Below are positions 20,315 to 30,347 of a stretch of 64,000 nucleotides of DNA, piece by piece; the stretch's first letter is position 1, and each line of letters starts with the position of its first letter. Both the position numbers and the translations under genes were made by a program. The notes beneath the pieces are model-generated. The model was given only the letters and a program-made list of their open reading frames with translations. It had not been told where the DNA came from and ran no database searches. The DNA comes from Methyloceanibacter sp. (lineage in GTDB: Bacteria; Pseudomonadota; Alphaproteobacteria; Rhizobiales; Methyloligellaceae), in contig JBBDYM010000038.1 in NCBI GenBank assembly GCA_040901485.1, positions 17,491-81,490 on the forward strand, given 5' to 3'.

Positions 20315-21247
20315 CTAATAGAACAGGCTGGAGACCGACTTTTCTTCGGCGGTGCGCGCCACCGCCTCTCCGAGCAGCGGCGCGGACGGCAGCACCCTTA
20401 TGTTATGCGCGTTCTTCACCGACTCGCTCGGCAGGATCGAGTCGGTGATGACGAGCTCTTTCAGCCGCGAAGCCATGATGCGCGCGACGGCGCCGCCTGA
20501 CAGCACGCCGTGGGTGATATAGCCGGTGACCAGCTTGGCGCCTTGGTCGAGCAATGCCTCCCCCGCGTTCACCAGCGTGCCGCCGGAGTCGACGATGTCG
20601 TCGATGAGAATGCAGCTATAGCCGGCGACGTCGCCGATGACGTTCATCACCTCGGAGTCGCCGGGCCGCTCGCGCCGCTTGTCGACGATGGCGAGCGGCG
20701 CATCGATGCGCTTGGCGAGACCGCGGGCGCGCACCACGCCGCCGACGTCGGGCGAGACCACCATCAGATTGTCGTTGGGAAGGACCTTGCGAATATCGTC
20801 CACCATCAGCGGGGCGGCGAACAGATTGTCGGTAGGAATATCGAAGAAGCCCTGAATCTGCCCGGCATGCAGGTCGAGGGTCATCACGCGGTTGGCGCCG
20901 GCGCGGACGATCATGTTGGCGACGAGCTTGGCGGAGATCGGCGTGCGCGGTCCCGGTTTGCGGTCCTGGCGCGCGTAGCCGAAATAGGGGACGACCGCGG
21001 TGATGCGCCGCGCCGACGCGCGCTTCAGTGCGTCGATGATGATCAGCAGTTCCATCAGATGGTCGTTGGCGGGCGCCGAGGTCGATTGAAGGACGAACAA
21101 GTCCTCGCCCCGGACGTTCTCCTGCACCTCGACGAAGATCTCCATGTCCGCGAAGCGGCGCACGATGCATTTGGTAAGCGGGATTTTCAGGTAAGCGGAA
21201 ATCGCCTCAGCGAGGGGGCGGTTGCTGTTGCCTGCAACCAGTTTCAT
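20315..21247 (-). CDS. prs: Ribose-phosphate pyrophosphokinase
   Basis: [41 protein letters not shown] and DDIVDSGGT. Confidence 0.98.
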   Translation of the reverse strand: MKLVAGNSNRPLAEAISAYLKIPLTKCIVRRFADMEIFVEVQENVRGEDLFVLQSTSAPANDHLMELLIIIDALKRASARRITAVVPYFGYARQDRKPGPRTPISAKLVANMIVRAGANRVMTLDLHAGQIQGFFDIPTDNLFAAPLMVDDIRKVLPNDNLMVVSPDVGGVVRARGLAKRIDAPLAIVDKRRERPGDSEVMNVIGDVAGYSCILIDDIVDSGGTLVNAGEALLDQGAKLVTGYITHGVLSGGAVARIMASRLKELVITDSILPSESVKNAHNIRVLPSAPLLGEAVARTAEEKSVSSLFY

Positions 21248-21367
21248 GCCGTCATCCTCGCCCCGCCGAGCTTTGGCCCAAGGCCGCCACTCACCTCATC
21301 ACGAGGGGCTTTTAACAAGCGCATACGGGCGCTGTAAACTCGCGCTTTAGCAATAGCTTGTGGATGG

Positions 21368-22294
21368 TTAGCTGGACCTGGGGAGAAGCTTGATGATGCC
21401 GTCTGCGGCGGCGCGGGCCGCGGCATCGGCGATAGCGCCCCAGGGGCCGTCGAGCGAGCCCCGAGGAATGGTGTTCTGCTGCGACACGGTGCCGAGCTTC
21501 TTGCCGCTCGGGTCGAGCACCTGCCAATCGATGCGTATGCTTTGCTTACCGCCGCTTGCATCCGACAGCTTGGCGATCCCCTTGACCGTATAGACATTGG
21601 TCGCGGGCCCATTCGCCAGCTTGATGCCGTCCGCATAGAGGCGCTTCTTGAGTGCCGTAGTGAGGGACCTCTGGCCATCGCCGGGTGCGCCTGAGACTGG
21701 CGTGACCAACACCCCGGCAGCCCGTGGCGCCACCGCGGTCGCGGCAGGTGGCGGTGAAGCAGCAGGGGCCGCGGCTACCACGGGGGTGGCGGCGCTGCGG
21801 CCGCCCGGCACGCCCGCGGCAAGCTGAGAAGCGGTCTTGTTGGCAATATTGCGGATGACCGTGCTGTCGACCTTGCTCCAGGGGTCGCTGCCGGAGCGGC
21901 TCGGCACCGTCTCGTCGCCGGCCACCCGCACCACGCGCCCGCCCTTGGTATCGGTCACGTCCCAGATATAGGAAATCTTCGCGCCGCGCATTTCGTTGGA
22001 GGCGAGCAGATAGCCCCGCATGGTGTAGTTGCCGCCGCTGCCCGGGATGAGCGTGAGATTGCGCGCCTTGCCAGCCTCGACCAGGGCCACGGTAAGCTCT
22101 TTGGTCACCGGCGGCGGGGCGCCCACGATGGGAGCGATGGCGATCTGGGGGGAGCCGCCGAGGAAACTGGTGTAGCTGCCCAGGCCTCCACCTCCGCCGC
22201 AACCGCCGAGGCAGACAAGCGTCAGGATGGCGAGCGCCGTGAAAGCGCTGCGCCTGAGCCGGCCTTGCGCGCGTCGTGAGTCCGCGCCCAACAA
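21368..22294 (-). CDS. Putative lipoprotein with two internally similar domains
   Basis: TTG start at 22294 after GAGGGAG; lipobox LGGC; two domains (IAPIVGAP...YTMRG...YIWDV and VTPVSGAP...YTVKG...IDWQV) joined by an Ala/Pro linker. Start uncertain. Confidence 0.65.
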   Translation of the reverse strand: MLGADSRRAQGRLRRSAFTALAILTLVCLGGCGGGGGLGSYTSFLGGSPQIAIAPIVGAPPPVTKELTVALVEAGKARNLTLIPGSGGNYTMRGYLLASNEMRGAKISYIWDVTDTKGGRVVRVAGDETVPSRSGSDPWSKVDSTVIRNIANKTASQLAAGVPGGRSAATPVVAAAPAASPPPAATAVAPRAAGVLVTPVSGAPGDGQRSLTTALKKRLYADGIKLANGPATNVYTVKGIAKLSDASGGKQSIRIDWQVLDPSGKKLGTVSQQNTIPRGSLDGPWGAIADAAARAAADGIIKLLPRSS

Positions 22295-22452
22295 AATACT
22301 CCCTCTGTTGGCCGCACAGCACCGCTCGCGACAAAATTGTCGTGACGGGACTCCCAACCCCTACCGAACAATAGCTTACCTGCCTCGGGCAGTTCGCGTC
22401 CAGTTCAAGGGCGGAGCCATAAAAGAGCCAACGCCCTCATGGTGAACGCCAG

Positions 22453-23238
22453 TCAGGCAAGCACGATGGCGGAAATTTGGCGGCCATAATCGTCTTCGCC
22501 GTGGTGCTGCGACCTCCGATAGCTGAAAAGCCGGGTCTCGTCGCAATAGGTGCAAAGCCCGAGATCGTCGATGGCGCCGACGCCGGCCCGGGCCAGGCGC
22601 TCCGCCACATAGCCGGAAAGGTCGAAATGAGGCTCGCCCGAGCTATCGTCGATAATGAAGAAATCCGCGCTTCCCGGCTCCTCGGCCAGGAAGCCCTCTT
22701 TGTAGTCGGACCCGACCTCATAGGCTTTTTGCGAGATGGCCGGACCGATTGTGGCGCGTATGCGCTCAGGTCGGGCGCCGAGCTTGAGCATGGCGGCGAC
22801 CGTGGCCTCGACGATGCCTGACAGCGCACCGCGCCAGCCGGCATGGGCCGCGCCGATCACCCGTGCCTCTCCGTCGCAGAGCAGGACCGGGGCGCAATCG
22901 GCGGTGAGCACGCCAAGAGCGAGTCCTGGCGTGGCCGTGACCATGGCATCGGCCTCGGGGCTCTTGCCGTCCTTCCAAGGCTTGTCGGCGATCACCGCCT
23001 CGGCGCAGTGCTTCTGATAGAGGGAGAGCAGGTTGTTCGGCTCGACGCCCAAAATTTCGGCGACGCGCGCGCGGTTCTCTTTCACGTTGGCCGGGTCGTC
23101 GCGCGAGCCCGGACCGCAATTGAGCGAAGCATAGATGCCGCCCGAGACGCCGCCCTGGCGGGTGAAGAAGCCGTGGCGGATGCCGTCGATATCGGCGAGG
23201 CCCGCCGCGCATAGCCGCATTTTGTCTTGCGTGACCAT
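22453..23238 (-). CDS. pgeF: PgeF/YfiH family (purine nucleoside phosphorylase / peptidoglycan editing factor)
   Basis: HGFFTRQGGVS, SLNCG, ADAMVT, TADCAPVL, AAHAGWRG and FSYRR. Confidence 0.92.
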   Translation of the reverse strand: MVTQDKMRLCAAGLADIDGIRHGFFTRQGGVSGGIYASLNCGPGSRDDPANVKENRARVAEILGVEPNNLLSLYQKHCAEAVIADKPWKDGKSPEADAMVTATPGLALGVLTADCAPVLLCDGEARVIGAAHAGWRGALSGIVEATVAAMLKLGARPERIRATIGPAISQKAYEVGSDYKEGFLAEEPGSADFFIIDDSSGEPHFDLSGYVAERLARAGVGAIDDLGLCTYCDETRLFSYRRSQHHGEDDYGRQISAIVLA

Positions 23239-23256
23239 CGTGCCGCCCGGATGCGC

Positions 23257-24381
23257 TCAAATGTCTCCGAAGGGCGGCGGCGGAGCAAGCCCGTCGCGGG
23301 TCAGCGCCAGCGCCTTGAACAGCGCGCCCATCTGGCGCGGATCGGTGAGCCGCGCGGCGCCGGACAGGATCGAGTCCCGTTGCACCGGCGTGGCACCTGC
23401 AAGCAGACGGTCGCGGCGCGCCTCCAGCCCGAGCTTGAGAAGCAAGGCGCCTTGCGGCATGGGGCCATAAACGTCCAGGCCATGCGCTTTCGCACTTCGC
23501 TTCAGCGTGGCGAAATCGACATGCGCCGTCAAATCGGCCTCACCCGGTGCGGCGAGAGGGTCGGCGTAAGCGTGGTTGCGCACGGCTTGCAGGGTATCGC
23601 CGAAACCGGTCTCCTCGTGACCGTAATCGATGAACAGCGCCGCCAATGGTGCCTCCGAGGCACGCGCCGCAAGCACCGACATCAACCGCTCCACAGCAGG
23701 GCGTATTTCGAGGATGGCGCCGCCTGGCGCGTCCAGCGCAAGCACCGCAGATGACAATTCTCCGGCTTGCAACGCGTCTCCCTCGGTGAAAACGAAACCA
23801 CCGTGTCGATTCACGGTGACGCAACGTTCGTGCCAATGAACCCCGCGTCGCACCAATTGCCTGACGGGAAGGGCGTCGAGGAATTCATTGGCGATGACGA
23901 TGAGCGGGCCTTGCGGCGCATCCTCGACGCGATCGAACCATTGGACCGGCGCAGGCGAGCCGCGCAACGCCTCTTGCTGAACGTCGCGCAGGCTTGGACT
24001 CGTCTCGACCAAAGCGACGGTGACGGCGTCAAGGAATTGCGGCACGCTGCGCCAAGCGCGCAACGCGTCAGTCATGAGCGTGCCGTGCCCAGGCCCAAGC
24101 TCGGCGACCACGACCGGTTTCGGCGCGCCCATCGATTGCCACACGGCGACCGCCCACAACCCAAGCAACTCGCCGAATATCTGGCTGATCTCGGGCGCGG
24201 TGATGAAATCGCCCTGCGCGCCGATGGAATGGCGCGTGGCGTAATAGCCCGCATCCGCGTCAGCCAAGCAAGCGTCCATGTAATCGGCCACGCTGATCGG
24301 TCCGTCGCGGGCGATGCGCGCCTTGAGCCGTGCCGCGAGCGGCGCAATCTCCTCACGGGGCTTGAGTTGCGCACCCATCAT
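23257..24381 (-). CDS. NDUFAF7/MidA family SAM-dependent methyltransferase
   Basis: GDFITAPEISQIFGE, ELGPGHGTLM, ANEFLDALP, IDYG, DLTAHVDF and MGALFK. Confidence 0.92.
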   Translation of the reverse strand: MMGAQLKPREEIAPLAARLKARIARDGPISVADYMDACLADADAGYYATRHSIGAQGDFITAPEISQIFGELLGLWAVAVWQSMGAPKPVVVAELGPGHGTLMTDALRAWRSVPQFLDAVTVALVETSPSLRDVQQEALRGSPAPVQWFDRVEDAPQGPLIVIANEFLDALPVRQLVRRGVHWHERCVTVNRHGGFVFTEGDALQAGELSSAVLALDAPGGAILEIRPAVERLMSVLAARASEAPLAALFIDYGHEETGFGDTLQAVRNHAYADPLAAPGEADLTAHVDFATLKRSAKAHGLDVYGPMPQGALLLKLGLEARRDRLLAGATPVQRDSILSGAARLTDPRQMGALFKALALTRDGLAPPPPFGDI

Positions 24382-25205
24382 GATGCGGCGACGGCCGGCT
24401 CGCGCCGCGCGCGCCAGATAAGCCACAGGCCGATCAGGATCATGGGAACGGAATAAATCACGCCCGGCGTGAACAGGCCGATATCCATCGGATGTCCGGG
24501 GTGCGGCTCGCGCGCGAATTCCACCACGCTGCGGAAAATGCCGTAGAACACCAGGAACAAGCCGAACACCGTGCCGGGCCGCGTCAGCGCGAGATAGCGG
24601 TAGGTGGCGATGCGCAAGATGATGAACAGCACGATGCCCTCAAGGAAGGCCTCGTAGAGCTGGCTCGGATGCCGCGGCGCGTCGCCCTCGCCGGGGAATA
24701 CCATCGCCCAGGGCACGCCGCTCTCCCGCCCCACCAATTCTCCATTGATGAAATTGGCGATACGGCCAAAGAACAGGCCGAACGGCGTCGCCGCCGCGGC
24801 CACGTCACCGAGTGACAGCGGGTTGATGCCCTTGACGCGGGAGAAGAAATAGACCGCGAGTACCACGCCGAGCAGGCCGCCATGGAACGACATGCCGCCA
24901 TTCCACACCACCGGGATCTCGGCCGGGTGCTGCCAGAAATAGCTCGGCTCGTAGAACAGAACGAAACCCAGCCTGCCGCCAACCACGATGCCGAGGGTGA
25001 TCCACAGCAGAAAATCGTCCGCCTGGCTCACCGTCATCGGCGATTTGCCGCCCCATAGCTCGGGGCGCGACACGAGATAGCGCCCATAGAGCCAGCCGAG
25101 CAGGATGCCCGCCATATAGGCAAGCCCGTACCAGCGGACGGAGACCGGCCCGATCGCGATGGCCACGGGATCGATGACGGGGTAGGGGATGGCGAGAAGA
25201 GGCAT
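24378..25205 (-). CDS. lgt: Prolipoprotein diacylglyceryl transferase
   Basis: IDPVA, RWYGLAY, GGRLG, GGMSFHGG, GRIANFINGEL and HPSQLYEA; start at 25205. Confidence 0.96.
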   Translation of the reverse strand: MPLLAIPYPVIDPVAIAIGPVSVRWYGLAYMAGILLGWLYGRYLVSRPELWGGKSPMTVSQADDFLLWITLGIVVGGRLGFVLFYEPSYFWQHPAEIPVVWNGGMSFHGGLLGVVLAVYFFSRVKGINPLSLGDVAAAATPFGLFFGRIANFINGELVGRESGVPWAMVFPGEGDAPRHPSQLYEAFLEGIVLFIILRIATYRYLALTRPGTVFGLFLVFYGIFRSVVEFAREPHPGHPMDIGLFTPGVIYSVPMILIGLWLIWRARREPAVAAS

Positions 25206-25329
25206 GGGCGAGGGTTCGGAAAGACCGGCGCGACCCTTCACCGCCTCCGCCTGCCTGTCAAGGCACGCATGGCCGCCCCCTTGGCCCGGCGGCTTGCGCC
25301 GAAAGGGCCGGCATCCCATAGTCCCCGCC

Positions 25330-25590
25330 ATGACGCAGACCACGGGACGGTTCTTCGACGAACTCGGCAAGCTGCTCACCGACGCGGCGGGCGCGGCGGA
25401 GGGCGTACGCAAGGAGGTCGAGGGCGTGGTCCGTTCCCAGGCCGAGCGCGTGTTGCGCGACCTCGACGTGGTGCAGCGCGAGGAATTCGAGGCGGTCAAG
25501 GCCATGGCCCAGAAGGCGCGGGAAGAGAACGACGCGCTCAAGGCCCGCATCGCCGCGCTTGAGGCCAAGATCGCCGAAAAGGCGACTTAA
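25330..25590 (+). CDS. UbiK family accessory factor (BMFP-like)
   Basis: MTQTTGRFFDE...LDVVQREEFEAVKAMA...coiled coil; divergent from lgt as usual in Alphaproteobacteria. Confidence 0.85.
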   Translation: MTQTTGRFFDELGKLLTDAAGAAEGVRKEVEGVVRSQAERVLRDLDVVQREEFEAVKAMAQKAREENDALKARIAALEAKIAEKAT

Positions 25591-25826
25591 GTCCTCTTGA
25601 CTGGCAGCGCGGGCGTCTCACACGCCGCGAGGCGAATCGGACTCTGAGCAACAGCTAGTGGTCCGAAAATAATCCACAACAATGTTTAGGTGGTCCACAG
25701 CTATCGACCGAACGCGACTCAGGCCGCGTTGGTGCCGGTGGAGTCTCCATTATATAACTGATTCGCAAGGTGATTCGCGGGCGTTGGGGTAGCGCGGAAC
25801 TCTGAAGGGGGCCACAGAGCACACGC

Positions 25827-26324
25827 ATGGCTACGGCACAGGCTAATTTCGACCGCTTCACCAACCCGGTGGATATGGTCGAGCATATCGCCACCATCCA
25901 CGACTGGACCTTCGAACGCACCGCGCCGGACGAGCTGACGCTCTCGGTTGCCGGCGAATGGTGCGATTATCACATCTCGCTCACCTGGCGGGACGACCTC
26001 GAGGCGCTGCATCTCGCCTGCGCCTTCGACTGCAAGACCGCCACGTTCAGGCTGACCGAGATGTACCGGCTGATGGCGATGATCAACGAGCAGCTGTGGC
26101 TCGGCCATTTCGACCTGTGGAAGGAGGACGGCATGCTGCTCTACCGCCACGGGCTGCTGCTCGCCGGCGCCGAAACCCATGCCAGCCAATGCGAGGCGCT
26201 GTTAAAGGCGGCGCTCGAGACCTGCGAGCGCTATTATCAATCCTTCCAGTTCGTGTTGTGGGCGGGCAAGTCCGCGGAGGACGCGCTCGCCGCAACCATG
26301 CTCGAGACGCAAGGACACGCATGA
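25827..26324 (+). CDS. YbjN domain protein
   Basis: NPVDMVEHIA, INEQLWLGHFDLW and CERYYQSFQFVLWAG; upstream of proC. Confidence 0.85.
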   Translation: MATAQANFDRFTNPVDMVEHIATIHDWTFERTAPDELTLSVAGEWCDYHISLTWRDDLEALHLACAFDCKTATFRLTEMYRLMAMINEQLWLGHFDLWKEDGMLLYRHGLLLAGAETHASQCEALLKAALETCERYYQSFQFVLWAGKSAEDALAATMLETQGHA

Positions 26325-27142
26325 CACTCAGCCTCGCCGGCCCGCTGCTCCTGGTCGGGGCGGGCAAGATGGGTGGGGCGCTGCTCGAGGGTTGGCTCCG
26401 GCAGGGCCTCGACCCGAAATCGGTCTTCATCCAGGACCCGGCGCCGTCGGCGCATGTGGAAGCGCTCGCCGTGCGCCACGGCATTGCCGCCGGTCTCGCG
26501 CCGGACCTTCCCGGCGAGCCCTCCGTGGTGGTGATCGCGGTGAAGCCGCAGGTCACCGACAAATTGCTTCCCGAGGTCGAACCGCTTCTCGGTGAGAAGA
26601 CGGTGGTGCTGTCCATCGCTGCAGGCCGCACGCTTGCCGGGCTCGCGCATCATCTGCCGCCGAATACGGCGATCGTGCGCGCCATGCCCAATACGCCGGC
26701 CGCGATCGGCCAGGGCATGAGCGTCGCGGTCGCCAATCGGAGCGTGACGCCGGAGCAGAAGCGCGAATGCGATGCGCTGCTCGCGGCGGTCGGCGAGGTG
26801 ATCTGGATCGAGGATGAAATGCTGCTCGATGCGGTCACTGCGGTGTCGGGCAGCGGCCCGGCCTATGTGTTCCTGCTGGCCGAATGTCTCGCCGAAGCGG
26901 GTGTGCAAGCTGGCCTCGATCCCGAGCTTGCCGATCGGCTGGCGCGCGCCACCATTGCCGGCGCCGGCGAATTGTTGCGCCGCTCAGAGCTTACGCCGAT
27001 GGAACTGCGCGAGAACGTGACCTCGCCGCAAGGCACCACCGCCGCGGCCCTGGAAGAGCTGATGGTGGAGAAGGGGTTGAAGCATTTGCTCGCCCGCGCC
27101 GTCGCCGCCGCCACCAAGCGCTCGCGGGAGCTATCCTCCTAG
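26321..27142 (+). CDS. proC: Pyrroline-5-carboxylate reductase
   Basis: GAGKMG, AVKPQ, SIAAG, RAMPNTP, TAVSGSGPAY and VTSPQGTT; ATG at 26321. Confidence 0.96.
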   Translation: MTLSLAGPLLLVGAGKMGGALLEGWLRQGLDPKSVFIQDPAPSAHVEALAVRHGIAAGLAPDLPGEPSVVVIAVKPQVTDKLLPEVEPLLGEKTVVLSIAAGRTLAGLAHHLPPNTAIVRAMPNTPAAIGQGMSVAVANRSVTPEQKRECDALLAAVGEVIWIEDEMLLDAVTAVSGSGPAYVFLLAECLAEAGVQAGLDPELADRLARATIAGAGELLRRSELTPMELRENVTSPQGTTAAALEELMVEKGLKHLLARAVAAATKRSRELSS

Positions 27143-27201
27143 CGGCATCTTCCGATTGCCACCTTCCGGTCGTAAGATCGCAGGCAAAGGAGGACACCCC
27201 C

Positions 27202-27903
27202 ATGTTCGACGATTTCTCCAAACGCGCCAAAGCCGTGCGCGCAGCGCTGGCCCTGGCGCAACACCGCAAATGGGGCGACATCGCCCTTGCCGATATCGCC
27301 CAGGCGGCGGGGCTGAGCCTCTCCGACCTCAGGCACGAATTTTCCTGCAAGAGCGACATCCTGCGTGCTTTCCAGGCCGAGGTCGACGCCGAGGTCCTGG
27401 CCAAGTCGAAGGCTGCGCCCGCCGGGCAGAACCCGCGCGACCGGTTGTTCGAAATCGTCATGACACGCTTCGAGGTGCTGGCGCCGTACAAGCCGGCGCT
27501 CAAGCGCATCTCCGACTATCTCTGTTGTCATCCCGGCGAGGGCGCGCTGCTGGCCTGCTCGACGCTTGCCTCGCAATATTGGATGCTTGCCGGTGCGGGC
27601 ATCAAGCTCGACGGCCCGGGCGCGGCTCTGCGCGTCGCCGGGCTCACCGCAGTCTACGCCAAAGTGTTCCAGGTCTGGCTCGACGATCCGTCACCCTCGC
27701 TCGACAAGACCATGGCCGCGCTCGACCGGCGGCTCAGCAATGGCGAGCGCTGGCTCACCAGCATCGAGAAGACATGCGAGGATCTTTGCCGCTTCGCCTG
27801 CGCCTTCGTGCCGCGCGGCTGGGGGCGTAAAGACTCCGGCGAAACGACGCCTACTGCGCCACCGTCCGGGCCGGTGCCGTCACCCGCCCCCGGCGTGCAC
27901 TGA
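27202..27903 (+). CDS. TetR/AcrR-like transcriptional regulator
   Basis: N-terminal HTH (IALADIAQAAGLSL), RDRLFEIVMTRFE and DKTMAALDRRL; AAGGAGG RBS before ATG 27202. Confidence 0.75.
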   Translation: MFDDFSKRAKAVRAALALAQHRKWGDIALADIAQAAGLSLSDLRHEFSCKSDILRAFQAEVDAEVLAKSKAAPAGQNPRDRLFEIVMTRFEVLAPYKPALKRISDYLCCHPGEGALLACSTLASQYWMLAGAGIKLDGPGAALRVAGLTAVYAKVFQVWLDDPSPSLDKTMAALDRRLSNGERWLTSIEKTCEDLCRFACAFVPRGWGRKDSGETTPTAPPSGPVPSPAPGVH

Positions 27904-27911
27904 CGGTTCCG

Positions 27912-28238
27912 TTAGTCGTCCTCGCCCACCGGGCCCGACAAATCCTCGGGCCCTTCGCCCGGCAATTCCTCGTCGATGGGATCGCCGCCATCCATGGGTG
28001 TGTCGGGATCGTCGAGCGGTGGCCCGGCTTCTCCGCCGCCTATTTCTACTTCGCCGGGCGCGAACACCGGCGCGCCGCTCTTGCGCCTCACATCGACCTC
28101 TCCGCCCCCGATATCCATCTCGATCTCGGAACCGGGCTGTTCGGTCTCTTGGATCTCTTCGGTCATGTCATGTTGGGCGATGGCAGGCCCAACACCCAGG
28201 ACCACGATCGCCACCAATCGGGCAGCCATGTTTTTCAT
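27912..28238 (-). CDS. Small secreted acidic hypothetical protein
   Basis: GGAGGAG RBS, signal peptide (AIA-Q), Glu/Asp/Gly/Pro-rich and likely disordered. Confidence 0.6.
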   Translation of the reverse strand: MKNMAARLVAIVVLGVGPAIAQHDMTEEIQETEQPGSEIEMDIGGGEVDVRRKSGAPVFAPGEVEIGGGEAGPPLDDPDTPMDGGDPIDEELPGEGPEDLSGPVGEDD

Positions 28239-28254
28239 CTCATCTCCTCCCCAA

Positions 28255-29634
28255 TCAAACAGGTACTCTTAGCACGGCTTTCAATCCGCCGAGAGGCGAT
28301 CGGCTGAGCGCGATGTCGCCACCATGGATGCGGGCGATGTCACGGGCGATTGCCAAGCCAAGCCCGGTCGACCCCGCATCCTGATTGCGCGCGTGGTCCA
28401 CCCGGTAGAACGGGCGGAACACATGCTCGTGCTCCTCCTCGGGAATGCCGGGCCCGTCATCCTCGACCTCAACGGTGAGCGAGCCGTTCTGCTTGGCGGC
28501 GCTAACATTCACATGCTCGGCAAAGCGCGCGGCGTTGTTGACCAGATTAGCCAAGGCGCGCTTGAAAGCGTGGCGGCGCACCGGCACCACCAACGGCTCA
28601 TCCTTGACGTCGATCTTGATATCCTTGGTGCCGTGCGCCTGGCTCTTCACCTCGCCCAGAATCTCGCCGATGTCCGTGCGCACGATGTCCTCGCCGGAAT
28701 CGCCCTTGGCGAACGCCAGATAGTCCTCGAGCATGGCCTGCATCTCGTCCACGTCAGCGCGCATGGCCTCAAGCTCCGGCGTATCCTCGAAGAGAGCAAG
28801 CTGCAGCTTGAAGCGGGTGAGCACGGTCCGAAGATCGTGGCTCACGCCGGCCAGCATGACGGTGCGCTGCTCCACATGGCGCTCGATGCGGTCGCGCATC
28901 TCGATGAAGGCATGGGCCGCCTGGCGCACTTCGCGCGCGCCACGCGGCCTGAAATCAATGGGCGGTGGGCGCCCCTTGCCGAAACTATCGGCGGCGTCGG
29001 CGAGCCGCAGGATCGGCTTGATCTGGTTGCGCAGGAATAGAATGGCCACGGTGAGCAGCACGAGAGACGTGCCGACCATCCACAACAGGAAGATTTGCGA
29101 GTTCGAGGCGTAGGTCTGGCTGCGTCGGGCGAGCACGTGCATCACGCCATCGTCCAGCTTGACGCGGATGTCGACGAGGTTGGAGCGGCCGACGGTATCG
29201 ATCCAGAACGGACGGCCGACCCTTTTGGTCAGCTCCTCGGAGAGCGTCGAGTCGAGTAAATCGAAGAACGGCTTGGAGCGTGCTTGCGGCAGCTCCTCGC
29301 CGGGCGCGAAGCGGACCCGCAAGCCCAAATCCTGATCGGCGAGTCGGGTCAAGGTCTCGGCGTTCGCGTCCTGGGGGAAGGATTTATAGATGTCGATCAA
29401 CATGGCGATGTTCTGCACCGTGACCGTCGACAGCCGCCGCGTCACCGTCTGCCAGTGGCGCTCCAGGAACACGAAGGTGAGCACCGACTGGAGCAGCACC
29501 ATCGGCGCGATGATGATGATGAGAGCGCGGGCATAAAGACCCTTCGGCATCCAGTCGCCGAACGCAGCCATCATGCGCGCGAACGGACGGCGCGGGCGCG
29601 TGATGGGTTGGGTCTCGGTGGTGGCGTCCATCAC
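28255..29634 (-). CDS. EnvZ-like sensor histidine kinase
   Basis: Two TM helices, HAMP, H-box SHDLRT, N-box NLVNNA, DDGPG and GLGLAI. Confidence 0.93.
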   Translation of the reverse strand: MMDATTETQPITRPRRPFARMMAAFGDWMPKGLYARALIIIIAPMVLLQSVLTFVFLERHWQTVTRRLSTVTVQNIAMLIDIYKSFPQDANAETLTRLADQDLGLRVRFAPGEELPQARSKPFFDLLDSTLSEELTKRVGRPFWIDTVGRSNLVDIRVKLDDGVMHVLARRSQTYASNSQIFLLWMVGTSLVLLTVAILFLRNQIKPILRLADAADSFGKGRPPPIDFRPRGAREVRQAAHAFIEMRDRIERHVEQRTVMLAGVSHDLRTVLTRFKLQLALFEDTPELEAMRADVDEMQAMLEDYLAFAKGDSGEDIVRTDIGEILGEVKSQAHGTKDIKIDVKDEPLVVPVRRHAFKRALANLVNNAARFAEHVNVSAAKQNGSLTVEVEDDGPGIPEEEHEHVFRPFYRVDHARNQDAGSTGLGLAIARDIARIHGGDIALSRSPLGGLKAVLRVPV

Positions 29635-30347
29635 TCGGAATATAGAATGTAGCCCTTGCCGCGCACGGTCTGGAGATAGACCGGGTTGGCAGGGTCGTTC
29701 TCGATCTTGCGGCGCAGCCGATTGATCTGCACGTCCACGGCGCGCTCGCCGCCGCTGTCGGCGTCCTTGGCGAGCTCATGGCGCGACACCGGCATGCCCG
29801 GGCGCTGCGCGAAATAGCGCAACAGATCGCGCTCGCGTTCGGTCAGGCGGACGGTCTCGCCGTCGCGCTTCAGCTCGCCGCGGGTGACGTGGAAGATGAA
29901 ATCGCCCATGCGCACCTCGCCGGACGGCGCGGCGGCGCCGCGGCGCAGCACGTTGCTTACGCGCAGTAGCAGCTCGCGTGGATCGAAAGGCTTGGCGAGA
30001 TAATCGTCGACGCCGGTCTCCAACCCTTCGATGCGCTGCTCGGGCTCGGCGCGCGCAGTCAGCATAAGGATCGGCACTTGCGATTCGATGCGGAGCGAGC
30101 GCGCAAAGTCGAGCCCCGACTCTTGCGGCATCATCACGTCGAGGATGAGCAGGTCGAAAGAGAGGCTGCGCATGGTGGCGCGCGCCGCGGCGGCGTCGAT
30201 CGCCGTGGTCACGCGAAAGCCGTGGTCGTGCAAATAGCGGGCGAGCAGGTCGCGGATGCGGCTGTCGTCGTCGACCACGAGGATATGCGGGGCGTTGTCG
30301 TCGGGGCCCTCGGCGCGATGTGCTCTGATCGGCGTCGGCATGGTCAT
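29631..30347 (-). CDS. OmpR-family response regulator (PetR-like)
   Basis: ILVVDDD, LDVMMP, LTA, DDYLAKPF and winged helix VDVQINRLRRKIE...TVRGKGY. Confidence 0.94.
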   Translation of the reverse strand: MTMPTPIRAHRAEGPDDNAPHILVVDDDSRIRDLLARYLHDHGFRVTTAIDAAAARATMRSLSFDLLILDVMMPQESGLDFARSLRIESQVPILMLTARAEPEQRIEGLETGVDDYLAKPFDPRELLLRVSNVLRRGAAAPSGEVRMGDFIFHVTRGELKRDGETVRLTERERDLLRYFAQRPGMPVSRHELAKDADSGGERAVDVQINRLRRKIENDPANPVYLQTVRGKGYILYSE

